A DNA stretch of 64,000 bases from an uncultured candidate division Zixibacteria bacterium. Lineage in GTDB: Bacteria; Zixibacteria; MSB-5A5; GN15; FEB-12. Shown in pieces: positions 31,465 to 42,554 of the stretch. A program made the position numbers and the translations under genes. Positions within the stretch are counted from its first letter, which is position 1, and the number at the start of each line of letters is the position of its first letter. The stretch spans positions 96,001 to 160,000 of the forward strand of contig CAWDXE010000006.1 of the NCBI GenBank assembly GCA_963806185.1, read 5' to 3'. Below the pieces are notes generated by a model. The model saw only the letters and a list, made by a program, of their open reading frames with translations, made no database searches and had not been told where the DNA came from.

Positions 31465-32220
31465 TCATTTCGGTTTCCGGCCGATTAGCCACATCCACAG
31501 GCAATTGGTGTCGATCGGTTCTTCTTTGACCGAGCCAAACCCCTCGATCTCCTCAAACCCAACCTGCTCGAACATGCCGGCCAGTTCGTGGAATGAGTAC
31601 ATCCGCAGGGACACCTCATGCGTCACCTCGCGGCCATCTTTCTTGATGAACGTCCATGGCCCGTGATTGCGCGAGGTGCGGTAATCGAATTGCCTTGAAT
31701 GCAGCAGCAGAAGATCCCCGTGCCGTTCCCAGTCTCTCGTCGTGTAGTGTTTCAGAATCCAGTCGCGATTGACGATTTGCACCATGAGCCTGCCACCCGG
31801 CTTCAGTGCGGCGTAGAGTCGTTTCAAAACCAGCACATTGTCGGCCTCGCGTTCGAAATAACCCAGCGAGGTTCCGAGATTCGCCGCACCGTCGAAGCGA
31901 TTGGCGAAAGCAAGGCGGCGCATGTCGCCCCTCTGCGTGGCAATGCGCACTCCGGCTTTCGCCGCTTTGGCGTTGAGTCGTTCCAGGTACGACGAGGTGA
32001 GATCAACGCCGGTCACCCGGATCCCCAGCTTTGCCAGCGGGATGGAAATGCGGCCAATGCCGCAGGGACAGTCGAGGAAACTCATCCCCTTCTTGAGCCG
32101 CAGCTTCGCCATGATGTAGCGCGCCTCGGCACTTGCCTTGCGAGCGCTCTGCAGTTCCAGGACGTCATGAAAGTCCTCAAAGAAATCATTGAACCATTTC
32201 TTCTCCGGTGCCATACACAC
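31465..32220 (-). CDS. Class I SAM-dependent methyltransferase
   Basis: LDCPCGIGR, VTGVD, GDMR, LKPGG. Confidence 0.88.
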   Translation of the reverse strand: MCMAPEKKWFNDFFEDFHDVLELQSARKASAEARYIMAKLRLKKGMSFLDCPCGIGRISIPLAKLGIRVTGVDLTSSYLERLNAKAAKAGVRIATQRGDMRRLAFANRFDGAANLGTSLGYFEREADNVLVLKRLYAALKPGGRLMVQIVNRDWILKHYTTRDWERHGDLLLLHSRQFDYRTSRNHGPWTFIKKDGREVTHEVSLRMYSFHELAGMFEQVGFEEIEGFGSVKEEPIDTNCLWMWLIGRKPK

Positions 32221-32243
32221 GCTCCTTCCAAGCCCCCTTCACC

Positions 32244-32636
32244 TTACCCTCGGCTTGCAAACGCCACCACGTGACAGTCGGGATCCATCACGTACGCCGC
32301 GTTATCGCCCCAGCCGCGCAATTGCAGCGGGCTCAACTCAGTGGCGCCCGCATTCAACGCCCGTGTCACATACGCCTGCGGATCGTCAACCGTCAGATAC
32401 AGCTCCGCGCGCGGAATTCCCTCCGCCCGCTCCGGATCCGGCAGCTTGTCGCCCAACAGCTTTTTGATGCCGGAACTGGGCATCAAACCGAGTGTCGAGT
32501 TGTCAGTCAGCGCAAATTCGGTCATCCCGGGCACATGAAGCGTCGGCTCGGCCGCCAGCACCGCGCGGTAAAAATCAGCACTGACCTGCTGATCGCGAAC
32601 ATAGAGTATGAAAAGCGAGGCCTTCACCGTTGTCAT
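32244..32636 (-). CDS. VOC/glyoxalase family protein
   Basis: ILYVRD..FY, ELYLTVDD, WGD..YVMDPD. Confidence 0.85.
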   Translation of the reverse strand: MTTVKASLFILYVRDQQVSADFYRAVLAAEPTLHVPGMTEFALTDNSTLGLMPSSGIKKLLGDKLPDPERAEGIPRAELYLTVDDPQAYVTRALNAGATELSPLQLRGWGDNAAYVMDPDCHVVAFASRG

Positions 32637-32711
32637 AGAATACGCTCAAGATAGACATGACTGTCCGGTCGGAAAAGCGAATTTGCAGTCCCGGCACTTG
32701 GACTCAGTGCA

Positions 32712-35192
32712 CTATTGAATCACCACCAATTTGCCGGTCTGGTTGCCCGTGGCCGATTCAACCACCCAGTAATAGATCCCCGACACCGCTAACTGGTAAT
32801 TCTTCGTGATCAGATCCCAGGCATCGTGTGTCGAATTGGGATCATCCGGCGCGTACTCGTGAATGATCTCCCGCACCAGGTCGCCGTCGAGACTGAGTAT
32901 CGAAATCTTGCATCGCGCCGGCAAATTGCCGAAATGAATCCGCCGCCCCCGGTCGATATACAATGACTGGTCGTGATTCTCGTACCCCTTCAGTTCGTAG
33001 TCACCGTCGTACCGATACGGGTTGGGCCAGACATACACCGACGCCTTTTCCCCGGCGACCTCCGCACTTGACGGTATCGCCCACGCCGACGTGATCGTCT
33101 CCTGAAGGCGGCTCTCTTGCGCGGTGATACCCGCCGTGGCAAAGCCGAAATCAAAGGCGGTCACGGCTGCCCAGTATTGAACGGTCGGCAAAAGCTTGTC
33201 GATGATGTATTCGTACTCATAATATTTGGCCAGTCGTTTGCCGTTCACCACAATCACGTCATCATCCGTCCATTGCAGCGTGTCGTCGCTCGGTTTGACC
33301 GCGTCGGGGTAGACTTTGTGCACTTTGTCCGGGGCCAGAGGGGCGTTGTTCCCCTGCGGCAGAAAGCAGAGATATTCGCCGTTGATGACCAGTGGGTGTT
33401 CCCGGTCGTAAAGGCTCGGGTCAAAGTCCGGATCGAGATAGTACTCTCGCAATTGCGCCAGTGAATACGGATCGTTGGTCGGCCGCCAGTCCCAGCTTCC
33501 GTCCGGCGCTCCGGTCAGCCGATAGCGCACCCAGTCTTCACGATCGAAGGACGTCAGCAGCGAAAAACTCGACGGCCGCTCATCGAGTCCGAGAAAAACA
33601 TTGTACCCTTCGAAATCTCGTACGCGCGTAAGCGGATCGATGGACGTCTCCGAACGAAACCCGTTCCAGCGAATCGCCAGTTGCTCCAGCGATGGAATCA
33701 CGCGCATATCGGGCGGCGACGGTGGGCCATCGGCCCGCCAGTCCGGCACGCCGTCACCACGTACCCAGACCGTGTCGCCGTTGCACAACTCGAAGGTGCC
33801 GGAGTACCCATCACCGTCCGTATCATACCCGGGATTGTCATACACCCGACCTGCCCACACGGCGTTGGCGGCCAGATGGGAAAAATCGTACCGACTGTAC
33901 AACCAGTCCGGCTGCTGCGGATTGAATCGACTATACAACATCGGATCGATGATCACACTGTCACCGGCAACGATGGCATAAATGATGGTCCCCTTCGCGC
34001 CGGGGGGAAGATCAAATCCGCCCAGCGACGTGGTGGCCGTCGCCGGATATCCCGACGCGAGCCGGTCGGCCTCCGGCGGCGGCGGAAACCAGCCGTCAAC
34101 GTACCGATCCTTGGCCGCAAATATCTGATCGTAGTCGATCTCCGGATGGCTGAGAAAATAGTAAAGTTCGCCCGCCGTCTCCGGACCGTACTCGTGAAAC
34201 TGTCGGTATGGATCCTCCGGCGTCGCCCGCTTGCGGGGGCTGTAGTACATGTACCCCGGCAACCAGGCCTCCCAATTATAGTTCGGCGTCATTTTCTCCA
34301 CCGGGGCCGCAATGAATCGAAAACCGGCCGCCGCCCGCGCGGAGTATTTCGACCAGCGCTTTACCGTCGGCCGCGGATCCGCCACCATCGCGTAGGCCAG
34401 ATTAATCGTATCCTCTGACAGACAGTTGGCTCGCGGATAGGTGGGCAGGTAGCCGGTGTAGAACTTATCGAATTCCAGATCCAGCTCACCCAACTCGGTG
34501 ATATGGATGACCGGATTGTTGAAACTGAGACCGACGTAAATGTCGTTCAAGGGATGGTCGGTCACATTCTCCAACTGGCATTCGACCAGGACGAAATCAT
34601 CTGACCCCTTGCCGGCCCACGCCATCGATCGTTGGTAAATCCGAAGCCCGATCGGCGTATGAAACGGCGTGAGCACGGTATCAAGATATTCGCATCGAAT
34701 GTCTAGATCCGAACGAGCCGTCGACGAATAAATGCCCGTCCGCGCTCGCTCGGCACTCGAATAGCGGAAAGGCTGAACACCGTAAAACAAAGGCTGCCAG
34801 TCGAACATACAATTCAGCGTATCATAACCCGCTATTGCCCCGATCCACATGTATGAATCCAACAGGAATACATGACCGCTGTTGGCGGGATACGTGCATC
34901 GCTGGATCGGGTCATTACTCAACGGATCGATCACCGGCATCGCCTGACCAAAAATGTCCCAGCTGTACGGCAAACCAAAGCGACCGCTGTTGCTGACCGA
35001 GAGCTGTATGTTCCCCTGATTGTGGGCGGTTTCGTTAGTGGCAATATCGGCCTGCGCCGCCGCGCGCACCGAGGGTATTCGCTGCTGGATGAGCTTGGAG
35101 GGAACAGTGTCCGTCGTCTGCCCGACAGCCGACCCCGGGCGCCATGTCAGGAGGAGGAGCGTCCCAAGAAGGAAAACTAGAGGAACCCGCAC
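32712..35192 (-). CDS. Large secreted protein with FN3-like region and VYVWPNPY-type C-terminal sorting-like domain
   Basis: Signal peptide; PPSPP..DFEGYNVF; YWAAVTAFD; VYVWPNPY..WDLIT..SGIYYWVVES..GKLVVIQ. Confidence 0.8.
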   Translation of the reverse strand: MRVPLVFLLGTLLLLTWRPGSAVGQTTDTVPSKLIQQRIPSVRAAAQADIATNETAHNQGNIQLSVSNSGRFGLPYSWDIFGQAMPVIDPLSNDPIQRCTYPANSGHVFLLDSYMWIGAIAGYDTLNCMFDWQPLFYGVQPFRYSSAERARTGIYSSTARSDLDIRCEYLDTVLTPFHTPIGLRIYQRSMAWAGKGSDDFVLVECQLENVTDHPLNDIYVGLSFNNPVIHITELGELDLEFDKFYTGYLPTYPRANCLSEDTINLAYAMVADPRPTVKRWSKYSARAAAGFRFIAAPVEKMTPNYNWEAWLPGYMYYSPRKRATPEDPYRQFHEYGPETAGELYYFLSHPEIDYDQIFAAKDRYVDGWFPPPPEADRLASGYPATATTSLGGFDLPPGAKGTIIYAIVAGDSVIIDPMLYSRFNPQQPDWLYSRYDFSHLAANAVWAGRVYDNPGYDTDGDGYSGTFELCNGDTVWVRGDGVPDWRADGPPSPPDMRVIPSLEQLAIRWNGFRSETSIDPLTRVRDFEGYNVFLGLDERPSSFSLLTSFDREDWVRYRLTGAPDGSWDWRPTNDPYSLAQLREYYLDPDFDPSLYDREHPLVINGEYLCFLPQGNNAPLAPDKVHKVYPDAVKPSDDTLQWTDDDVIVVNGKRLAKYYEYEYIIDKLLPTVQYWAAVTAFDFGFATAGITAQESRLQETITSAWAIPSSAEVAGEKASVYVWPNPYRYDGDYELKGYENHDQSLYIDRGRRIHFGNLPARCKISILSLDGDLVREIIHEYAPDDPNSTHDAWDLITKNYQLAVSGIYYWVVESATGNQTGKLVVIQ

Positions 35193-35354
35193 GAAGTCGC
35201 CTGTGGACCTTTCGCCAAAAGTATACTTGGCTATGAATATACTCAGTGAAACCGGTTACTTCAAGACCGACTCTTCCCGGTCCCAGCTGCCCGAGCGTCA
35301 TTGCCAAGGAGAAAGTGTTCGAACCCGCTTGTCTATCACTCGGCGGATCTTCGA

Positions 35355-35382
35355 TTGACAAAACCGCCAAAATGCGTACTTT
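35355..35382 (+). promoter_or_regulatory. Possible sigma-70 promoter for the M6 protease gene
   Basis: TTGACA-16-TACTTT. Confidence 0.35.
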
Positions 35383-35569
35383 ATGGCATACCATACTGCT
35401 GATCCAACGGTTACCTCAGCAACCGCCGGCGAAAGCTAAGAGCACCATGATTTTGCCAAGCGTGCCGACCACGACGGCGGCCGGGAAAGTCCCGCCCGCG
35501 AGTGGTCAACAGTCCGAATTTTCCGACATACGAATATATTGACGCCGTAACTTCTGGAATGGATACACT

Positions 35570-38500
35570 ATGATACCGTACGCACGCATTACCATTTTGA
35601 CGCTGGCCCTGTCTGTCCTACTGGCGGTCAGCCTGCTGGCCGTTGCCCCGACCGATGAGGCGCGCGAGCGCTGGAAAGCTGAGGGCACCTACGACAAGCA
35701 GATTCAGAACTGGACCGACTTTAAGGCCGCTGGCGGATGCCAACCAAATGAGAATACCCCCTTCCCCGAAGGACGAGTCAGCACCCGCACCGCTCTCGAT
35801 GCCAACGCGGTTGATACCTTGAAAGTGCTGGTCATTCTGGTCGATTTCCCCGACTGCAAGTACGACCAATCAACCTACGCCATTCCGGGCGGCGGCACCC
35901 TTACCATGAACGCGGTGGGCACGACTGCAAAATTCGACTCCCTTCTCTTCTCCGTCGCCACCGTGCCGACCGGCTCTATGACTGATTTCTACTGGGAGAC
36001 TTCGTATCAGCGAATTCTGATCCAGGGTACGTCCGTGGGCTGGTACACCATGCCGCAGAACTACTCGTACTATGTCGGTACGAACGACGGCTTGACGATG
36101 GGTTCGACTCTGGCCGGCCAGGCGATTCTCGCCGCCGATGCCGGCGGCGTGGACTTCACGCAATACGACAATGACGATGACGAAACGGTCGAAGGGGTGA
36201 TCATCATTCACGCTGGACCGGGCGCCGAAACGGGCGCCTATGGCATCTGGTCGCACAAATCGAACCCGCAAGGAGCCGGCCTCCCCGACGGCATGCTGGT
36301 CGCATCTTATACCCTGAACCCGGAAGAGTACGGAAGCGGACTGTCGACTGTGGGCGTTTACTGCCATGAGTGGGGACACGTCATGGGATTGCCCGATCTG
36401 TACGATATCAACGAGACCAACAGCCCGAATAACGACGGACTGGGTGACTGGTCTTTGATGGCCGGCGGAAGCTGGAACGACAATGGCCGTCACCCGGCCC
36501 ATTTAGACGCCTGGTGCAAGACCCAACTCGGCCTCGCCAGCATCACCTGGCTGAGCGCCAACCAGAAACAGGTCGAAGTTCCGGCGATTCAATACAATCC
36601 CGTGGTGTATGGCTTGCGGAATACCACGGTCAGCACGTCGCAATACTGGCTGATCGAGAACCGGCGCAAGGTTGGTTTTGACGCCTACATCCCGTGGCAC
36701 GGCCTCATGATCTACCACATAGACAATTCGGTTGGCACCAACGACAATCCCGACCGGCTGCATGTCGGACTTGAGCAGGCAGACGGCATGTTCAGCCTGG
36801 AACAGGTGGGCGGTAGTGACGTCGGAGACCCCTGGCCGGGCTCGGCGAATAAGCGCAATTTCAACGATCGGACTGTCCCCAATTCCCGCACCAACATCGC
36901 CGGCGCGGTCACCCAGGTCGGCGTCTGGAACATTTCCAATTCCGACTCGCTCATGTACGCTGACATGGATATCCGCTGGTCGCGCCCATATGTCGAATTT
37001 TTCGGCAGCGACTCGATTGCGATTTCCGACGCCGCCGGCGGCGACAACGACGGCCTCTACGAACAGGGTGAAACCGTCACGTTCAATTGCCGCATTCGAA
37101 ACACCATGCTGTCCGTCGGCATGGCGCGCATGCACCTGTCGTGCGACAATCCGAACCTGACCATACTCAACAACGACGGCTTGTCATCGGCCGTATTAAC
37201 CAGCAACACCAACGTCACGCTGGCCACACCGATGCAGATTCAAATTCCGGCCAATTTCCAGTCACGCAAAGTCAACTTCACCTTGCAAGTGTCGATCGAT
37301 TCGACCATCTCGCCCGGCAATGACTCCACCTTCTCGCACACTTTCACCTTTGCACGATCTTTCGGCGCGCCGCAGATTCTGGTCGTCGACGACGACAATG
37401 GCCAGTTGCGCAGCGGGGTCGGGTATGAGAAGCGAATTAAGGACGCCCTCGACCGCCTTGGCTTCCCCTATGTCGTCTGGACCAAGCTGACGCAGGGCTC
37501 GCCTACACCGTCGACCATGTTCCAGTACCTGTCGGTGGTTTGGTATACGGGACCAAGTTCGCAGGATGGCGGCGACTACGGCGGTGTGCTGACTGTCGCC
37601 GATGTCACGGCGATGAAAGCCCACCTCGACGCCGGCGGCAGCCTGTTGCTCAGCAGCAATACCGGCGCCGATCAATTAAACACACTCGATCCGTCCTTCC
37701 TGACCAACTACCTGCATTGCACTGTCGACGGACACATCCCGGTTGACGAATTCGCGCAGGAATACCATGGTGTCACCGGCAGTTCCATTGGCGACGGACT
37801 CAAGATCCAGTTCGGCAGCAGTGAACCGGTCTACTATATGGGGGCTCTGCTGGATACGATTAATGGCGGACAGTTTGAATTCTACGGCCAAGGCGAGATG
37901 GGCGGCACCGTCTACGGCTACATCGGCGTCAGCTATCTGGGCACCTATCGCACCCTCTTCCTGACTGTCCCGATCGAATCGACCAATGACGGTCTCATCG
38001 CTCAGGGGTGGGCGCCGCGCGATAGCCTGCTCATGCGGGCGCTCAACTTCTATCAGGGCTCACCCGTCGTGCCAGCAATTTCCTATCTCCGCGTGCAGGG
38101 CGAAGGCGACATCAACCATGTCGTGACCAACTCACCGACTCTGCAATGGAGCTACGTCCACTGGCTCGGCATCACGCCCCAGCAATACGAACTGGAGGTC
38201 GGCACCGATAACGAATGGTCGACCGCCGAAATGTGGGATCCGGCGACCGTTCCAACCGGAGACTCCAGCGTCGCATACGGTGGCGCGCCGCTTGCCGACG
38301 GGCAAACCTACTACGTCCGCGTCCGCGCTCATGACGGCAGTGACTGGACTACCTGGTTTGTCTTTGCCATGAGACTCAACTCCGCCCCGGGTGCGGCCGC
38401 GCCGCTCGATCCGGTCAACGGTGCCATTAGCGCCACCGGAAACCTGACCACCACCAATGCTGCCGACGCCGAGAGCGACGGACTGGCATACCAATTCCAG

Positions 38501-39208
38501 GTCTACGCCGACAGCGCGGGAACTTCGCTCCTGCGCTCGTCGAGTGACGTATCCGAAACGCCTTCCACCACCGGATGGATCATTATACCGGCCCTCCCCG
38601 ATGACAATGTCTACTGGTGGCGTGTACGTGCGTACGACGGAACCGAGTATTCGTCCTGGTCGACCCTCGAAAAATTCGTCCTGAATGCCTCGTCACAGGC
38701 GCCGTCGGCTTTCACGCTGACCACGCCGCCCGAGCCGTCGAATCTGCCGGTCTTCGATCTCAAGCCGACGTTCAGTTGGTCGACCGCCACCGATACCGAT
38801 CCGGGTGATACCGTGCGCTACCGGTTGGAGATCGACGACAACAGCGGCCTGACGACACCGACCACTGTCGACTCGCTGCTGATCACCTCACACGAGGTCG
38901 CCGATTCGCTGGCTTTTGGAACGCAATACTGGTGGCGTGTTACCGCGTACGACAAGTCCGGGCTATCCACTCAGGCGGCCGTCAAGAACTTCTGGACCTG
39001 GCAGCTTGGTGATGTTGATCACTCGCACGGCACCGACATCGGTGACCTGACCGTGCTCATCAACAATCTGTTCATCACCTTTGAACCGATCAATCCCCCG
39101 TTGGTCGCCGACATGACCGGTGACTGCCAGGTGGATATCGGCGACCTGACTGCGCTTATCAATAACTTGTTCATCACGTTTGGACCTTTGGGTATCGGCT
39201 GCCAGTAA
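35570..39208 (+). CDS. M6-family (immune inhibitor A-like) metalloprotease with FN3-like repeats and C-terminal dockerin-like domain
   Basis: LVILVDFPD, IIHAGPG, HEWGHVMGLPDLYD, WSLMAGGSW; YWWRV repeats; GDVDHSHGTDIGDL..ADMTGDCQVDIGDL. Confidence 0.92.
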   Translation: MIPYARITILTLALSVLLAVSLLAVAPTDEARERWKAEGTYDKQIQNWTDFKAAGGCQPNENTPFPEGRVSTRTALDANAVDTLKVLVILVDFPDCKYDQSTYAIPGGGTLTMNAVGTTAKFDSLLFSVATVPTGSMTDFYWETSYQRILIQGTSVGWYTMPQNYSYYVGTNDGLTMGSTLAGQAILAADAGGVDFTQYDNDDDETVEGVIIIHAGPGAETGAYGIWSHKSNPQGAGLPDGMLVASYTLNPEEYGSGLSTVGVYCHEWGHVMGLPDLYDINETNSPNNDGLGDWSLMAGGSWNDNGRHPAHLDAWCKTQLGLASITWLSANQKQVEVPAIQYNPVVYGLRNTTVSTSQYWLIENRRKVGFDAYIPWHGLMIYHIDNSVGTNDNPDRLHVGLEQADGMFSLEQVGGSDVGDPWPGSANKRNFNDRTVPNSRTNIAGAVTQVGVWNISNSDSLMYADMDIRWSRPYVEFFGSDSIAISDAAGGDNDGLYEQGETVTFNCRIRNTMLSVGMARMHLSCDNPNLTILNNDGLSSAVLTSNTNVTLATPMQIQIPANFQSRKVNFTLQVSIDSTISPGNDSTFSHTFTFARSFGAPQILVVDDDNGQLRSGVGYEKRIKDALDRLGFPYVVWTKLTQGSPTPSTMFQYLSVVWYTGPSSQDGGDYGGVLTVADVTAMKAHLDAGGSLLLSSNTGADQLNTLDPSFLTNYLHCTVDGHIPVDEFAQEYHGVTGSSIGDGLKIQFGSSEPVYYMGALLDTINGGQFEFYGQGEMGGTVYGYIGVSYLGTYRTLFLTVPIESTNDGLIAQGWAPRDSLLMRALNFYQGSPVVPAISYLRVQGEGDINHVVTNSPTLQWSYVHWLGITPQQYELEVGTDNEWSTAEMWDPATVPTGDSSVAYGGAPLADGQTYYVRVRAHDGSDWTTWFVFAMRLNSAPGAAAPLDPVNGAISATGNLTTTNAADAESDGLAYQFQVYADSAGTSLLRSSSDVSETPSTTGWIIIPALPDDNVYWWRVRAYDGTEYSSWSTLEKFVLNASSQAPSAFTLTTPPEPSNLPVFDLKPTFSWSTATDTDPGDTVRYRLEIDDNSGLTTPTTVDSLLITSHEVADSLAFGTQYWWRVTAYDKSGLSTQAAVKNFWTWQLGDVDHSHGTDIGDLTVLINNLFITFEPINPPLVADMTGDCQVDIGDLTALINNLFITFGPLGIGCQ

Positions 39209-39254
39209 TCTCGGTCGCTGCCGGCAGTCTCAGTCGCTATCCGCACCCTTCTTG

Positions 39255-39352
39255 CGTCATCCTGAACCTTTTCTAAAAAGTTCAGGATCTCAGTGTTCGG
39301 CAAACCCGCGTGCCTGCCATCGCGAGGCGCGCTTCGCGCCGTGGCGATCTCG
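39255..39352. repeat. CGTC-type palindromes between convergent protease genes
   Basis: CGTCATCCTGAAC..GTTCAGGATCTC; GCCATCGCGAGG..CGTGGCGATCTC. Confidence 0.7.
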
Positions 39353-39414
39353 CAGTTCCATTCTTCCCGTTGATGACGATTACCGATTGTCATATGTGGC
39401 ACGCAAGTGTCGGC

Positions 39415-41238
39415 TCATGGTACCTCGAAGTGAAAACAAGGAATCACCGGCGGCGGTCCTTCGAGAAACAGGAAATTCACCATATACGTAAGGTCCCCAG
39501 AGGCCTCAACCTGCCCGTCGCAGTTGCAGTCGCCAAGGAGTGGCGTCGGGAAAGGCGGCTCAAAAGAGATGAACATGTAGTCTATCAACCGGGTGAGGTC
39601 GTTGATGTCAATGCCTCCGCTGTTGTCGGCATCGCCGCGTGCAATCGAGAGGACAGCCCGAAAGGCGTCGACGCGGCCGTGACCGTACTCCAAGTTGGGC
39701 GAACCTGTCCCCAGCGGAACCGCCGAGTGATCAAGAATATCGCATACCTCTGTTCGAGATAAACTCTCGGATCGGGAAAGTATCAGAGCGGCGGCGCCCG
39801 CTACGACTGGGCAGGCGGCAGAAGTGCCCCCAAACAGGCAATCGTAGTTGATGTCATTAGGGGAGTCGCAGTTCCATGTTCGCGGGTATGTCGGGTTATA
39901 TCCGAGCGAGTCCATCTGATCGAGAGTCCACACGTCGCCATAATGCCCGGCCATACCGCTGGGCGCCATGATATCCAGATTCATCCCGTATTGACTATAG
40001 TACCAACGCGTATCGCTTGAAGTGAGTGCACCTACGGCGTAGCAACTTAGTCTGAACGATGGATAGCAGATGAAAGAAGCCTCAAAATTGCCGCTCGCGA
40101 AGATAATGGGACAACCCTTTCCGTCGCGTCCGAACAATGCAGCCCGGTCGAGCGCATCATCGACATCTGCGTACAGATCATCACCGGTTATGTAGGCCCA
40201 ACTATTCGAGAGAATATCAGCGCCGTTCTCATATGCCCAGGCAATCGCACTGGCGACATGGTCGTGAGTCACTCCCTGTCCGTCATCCCCAAATATTTTC
40301 ACGGGAAGTATCTTGATGGCGGGTGACATTGAAATGACTCCTGAAGTTACCCCTAGTCCAGCCAAACTGTCAGTAGTATGACTTGCTGCAATAATACCTG
40401 AGCACGCCATCCCATGGTTTCTCCATGGCCCCGGTGCGGGATTGGTGTCATAAGGAGTGACGGAGAAGTCTCGACCGTTGAGGATTCTTACTTGTGGAAG
40501 GTCCTCGTGAATAGTAACTCCCTCATCTATCACTGCCACAACAATAGTATCAAGTACCCCGCTAAAATCCCATACAGTCTGCGAATTGAATTGCCCGATC
40601 ACTTTCTTGACATGCCACTGGTGGCTCTGATAGTGATCAAATAGCTTGTAAGAACACAAGACTGGCCTCAAACCAAATATCGGGTGCGAATAGCGTATTC
40701 CGGGCAAGGCGTGAAGATCATTAGCTAGGGTCAATAGGCGTCGCGTCTGCGGATTCAGGTTGCGAGCCACGAATACGTTTGGCAGGTACTCGAGTTCGCG
40801 CACGGTGTCTGCTCCATATATGTGGAGGATCGAAGAGAGACTGTCGCGCGAAATATTCGCTTCGAACGCTATGACAAGTTCATCTCCGACCGGTGCGGGC
40901 AGTGAATCATTGATGTAGTAGTATGGTTCAGCGACCTCAATGCCGCTCGTGCGATTCAAGGTGTCCAGAAATTCATACAAACCACCCCCCGGTGCGATAG
41001 CTACGGACACGAAGCCATCCAACGCGTCCCCGTCCGCAATTATGGAATCAAGTCGCGGCACGGATTCGATCACCCACTCCTGCGGAACTTCGGTATCAAA
41101 CTTGAGACAAACCTTAGCTGTGTCGACCCGCAGATTGATCTGCCCGCTCCCGCCGTAGTAATACTCCGCTTGTGCCGATGGAGATGCCACCAGCACGAGC
41201 AGCGTCATCAGTGCACATGCAATGACGCGCCTCTGCAT
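39415..41238 (-). CDS. S8 subtilisin-like serine protease with C-terminal dockerin-like domain
   Basis: VAVIDEG, NHGMACSG, ASGN, GTSAACP; GDADNSGGIDINDL..GDCNCDGQVEASGDL; AAGGAGG RBS. Confidence 0.93.
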   Translation of the reverse strand: MQRRVIACALMTLLVLVASPSAQAEYYYGGSGQINLRVDTAKVCLKFDTEVPQEWVIESVPRLDSIIADGDALDGFVSVAIAPGGGLYEFLDTLNRTSGIEVAEPYYYINDSLPAPVGDELVIAFEANISRDSLSSILHIYGADTVRELEYLPNVFVARNLNPQTRRLLTLANDLHALPGIRYSHPIFGLRPVLCSYKLFDHYQSHQWHVKKVIGQFNSQTVWDFSGVLDTIVVAVIDEGVTIHEDLPQVRILNGRDFSVTPYDTNPAPGPWRNHGMACSGIIAASHTTDSLAGLGVTSGVISMSPAIKILPVKIFGDDGQGVTHDHVASAIAWAYENGADILSNSWAYITGDDLYADVDDALDRAALFGRDGKGCPIIFASGNFEASFICYPSFRLSCYAVGALTSSDTRWYYSQYGMNLDIMAPSGMAGHYGDVWTLDQMDSLGYNPTYPRTWNCDSPNDINYDCLFGGTSAACPVVAGAAALILSRSESLSRTEVCDILDHSAVPLGTGSPNLEYGHGRVDAFRAVLSIARGDADNSGGIDINDLTRLIDYMFISFEPPFPTPLLGDCNCDGQVEASGDLTYMVNFLFLEGPPPVIPCFHFEVP

Positions 41239-41259
41239 AACTCCTCCTTTGTTGAAGAA

Positions 41260-42339
41260 CTACCTTCCCGCCTGACACGTGATATCGTAAAAGAGAGCCT
41301 GCACATTGAAGTTGCAGTAGCCGGTAATCGTCCGGCTACGCACGTCGAAAACAACAAGATCGTTGCCAATGATCGACCGTACCCCTACTAGCGTCTTGCC
41401 ATCCGGCGTAATTGCCATCGAGCCGATCGGCATCTGATACTTCAACGGATCCTCCGGCCCACCGGCAAGGCCCAAAGTGCTGACTTCGCTGACGGAATTG
41501 GATGGCACGTCATAGATGTAAAAGGCCGAGGGCGCCAGATCACTGATCATGCTTCCCTCGTTGGTGAAAAACACCGTCTTGCTATCCGGTGCAACTACAA
41601 TGCCACCTGGGCCGGGGGTTAAGTCCTGCCGATAAATCAGCGAGTCAGCCGCAACGTCATAAACTCCAAAAGAATAACCGAAGGAATTCCAACATGAGTA
41701 CAAGTACCAGAGTTTTTCATCGCGGGATGGTACGATTCGTGTAAGTGCGCCGGGCATCGCCGGGATGGTCTTTCGCTCTACATGAATGGTCCGCCCGATA
41801 GTTGCGCACATGATTTCGTTATGAGGTGTCCCCCAGATTAAGCAGTAGAACGTTCTGCTATCGCTGGAGAATATGCCGGCAGACACATTCAGCGTATCAT
41901 CAGAGAACCGCACGCAATAGCTGGGAAGACTCATGATCGTCAATCCGAGCAAGCTCCGATTGAGCAACGCAAGTAGCTTTCCATTGGGTGAACTTGCGGT
42001 TTCCTGAGTCGGATTATGCAGAGTGCGGACAAACTGCCCCGACTCGGTCGTGAACACCATCAACGAATCACCCAGGGACACATACAGAAAGCGGCCATCG
42101 GCAGAGACATTCGAGCGAAGCGACGCAGGCAGGCTATCGCTCACCGTATCTATCGCGCAGGTGGAGGGTGCGAGGCGAAGCACTCGACGACTGCTTAACC
42201 CATCTAACCCATAGAAGTCGTACGATACCGGTTTAGGATTCGGCCCGATCGGGTCATCACACCCCGCCAACCAGACGGCGACCACCACCCAACAGAGCGG
42301 GATCGCGGTCCGTGATAGCTTTCGCCACTTTGATGTCAT
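41260..42339 (-). CDS. Beta-propeller (YncE-like) lipoprotein
   Basis: Lipobox LAGC; repeated SADGR/SPNGK/SSDSR/APDSK/TPDGK blades; GGGAGG RBS. Confidence 0.8.
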   Translation of the reverse strand: MTSKWRKLSRTAIPLCWVVVAVWLAGCDDPIGPNPKPVSYDFYGLDGLSSRRVLRLAPSTCAIDTVSDSLPASLRSNVSADGRFLYVSLGDSLMVFTTESGQFVRTLHNPTQETASSPNGKLLALLNRSLLGLTIMSLPSYCVRFSDDTLNVSAGIFSSDSRTFYCLIWGTPHNEIMCATIGRTIHVERKTIPAMPGALTRIVPSRDEKLWYLYSCWNSFGYSFGVYDVAADSLIYRQDLTPGPGGIVVAPDSKTVFFTNEGSMISDLAPSAFYIYDVPSNSVSEVSTLGLAGGPEDPLKYQMPIGSMAITPDGKTLVGVRSIIGNDLVVFDVRSRTITGYCNFNVQALFYDITCQAGR

Positions 42340-42554
42340 GAAACCTCCCCATCGTCGCGAAGACGATGACCACTACATCATCTAATGCGTGCCCACTCTC
42401 TTGTCAAGTGATATTTTGTGGACAGCCCGGTCGATCACTGACAGAATCTGTCAGTAGATGTGCCGATGTGAACCCTGTACGCAAGGCGCATCTCCGCCAT
42501 TACCTTGTGACATAATATGATGGAGATTTCTAGATTAGTTTTCAGGCGTGGACT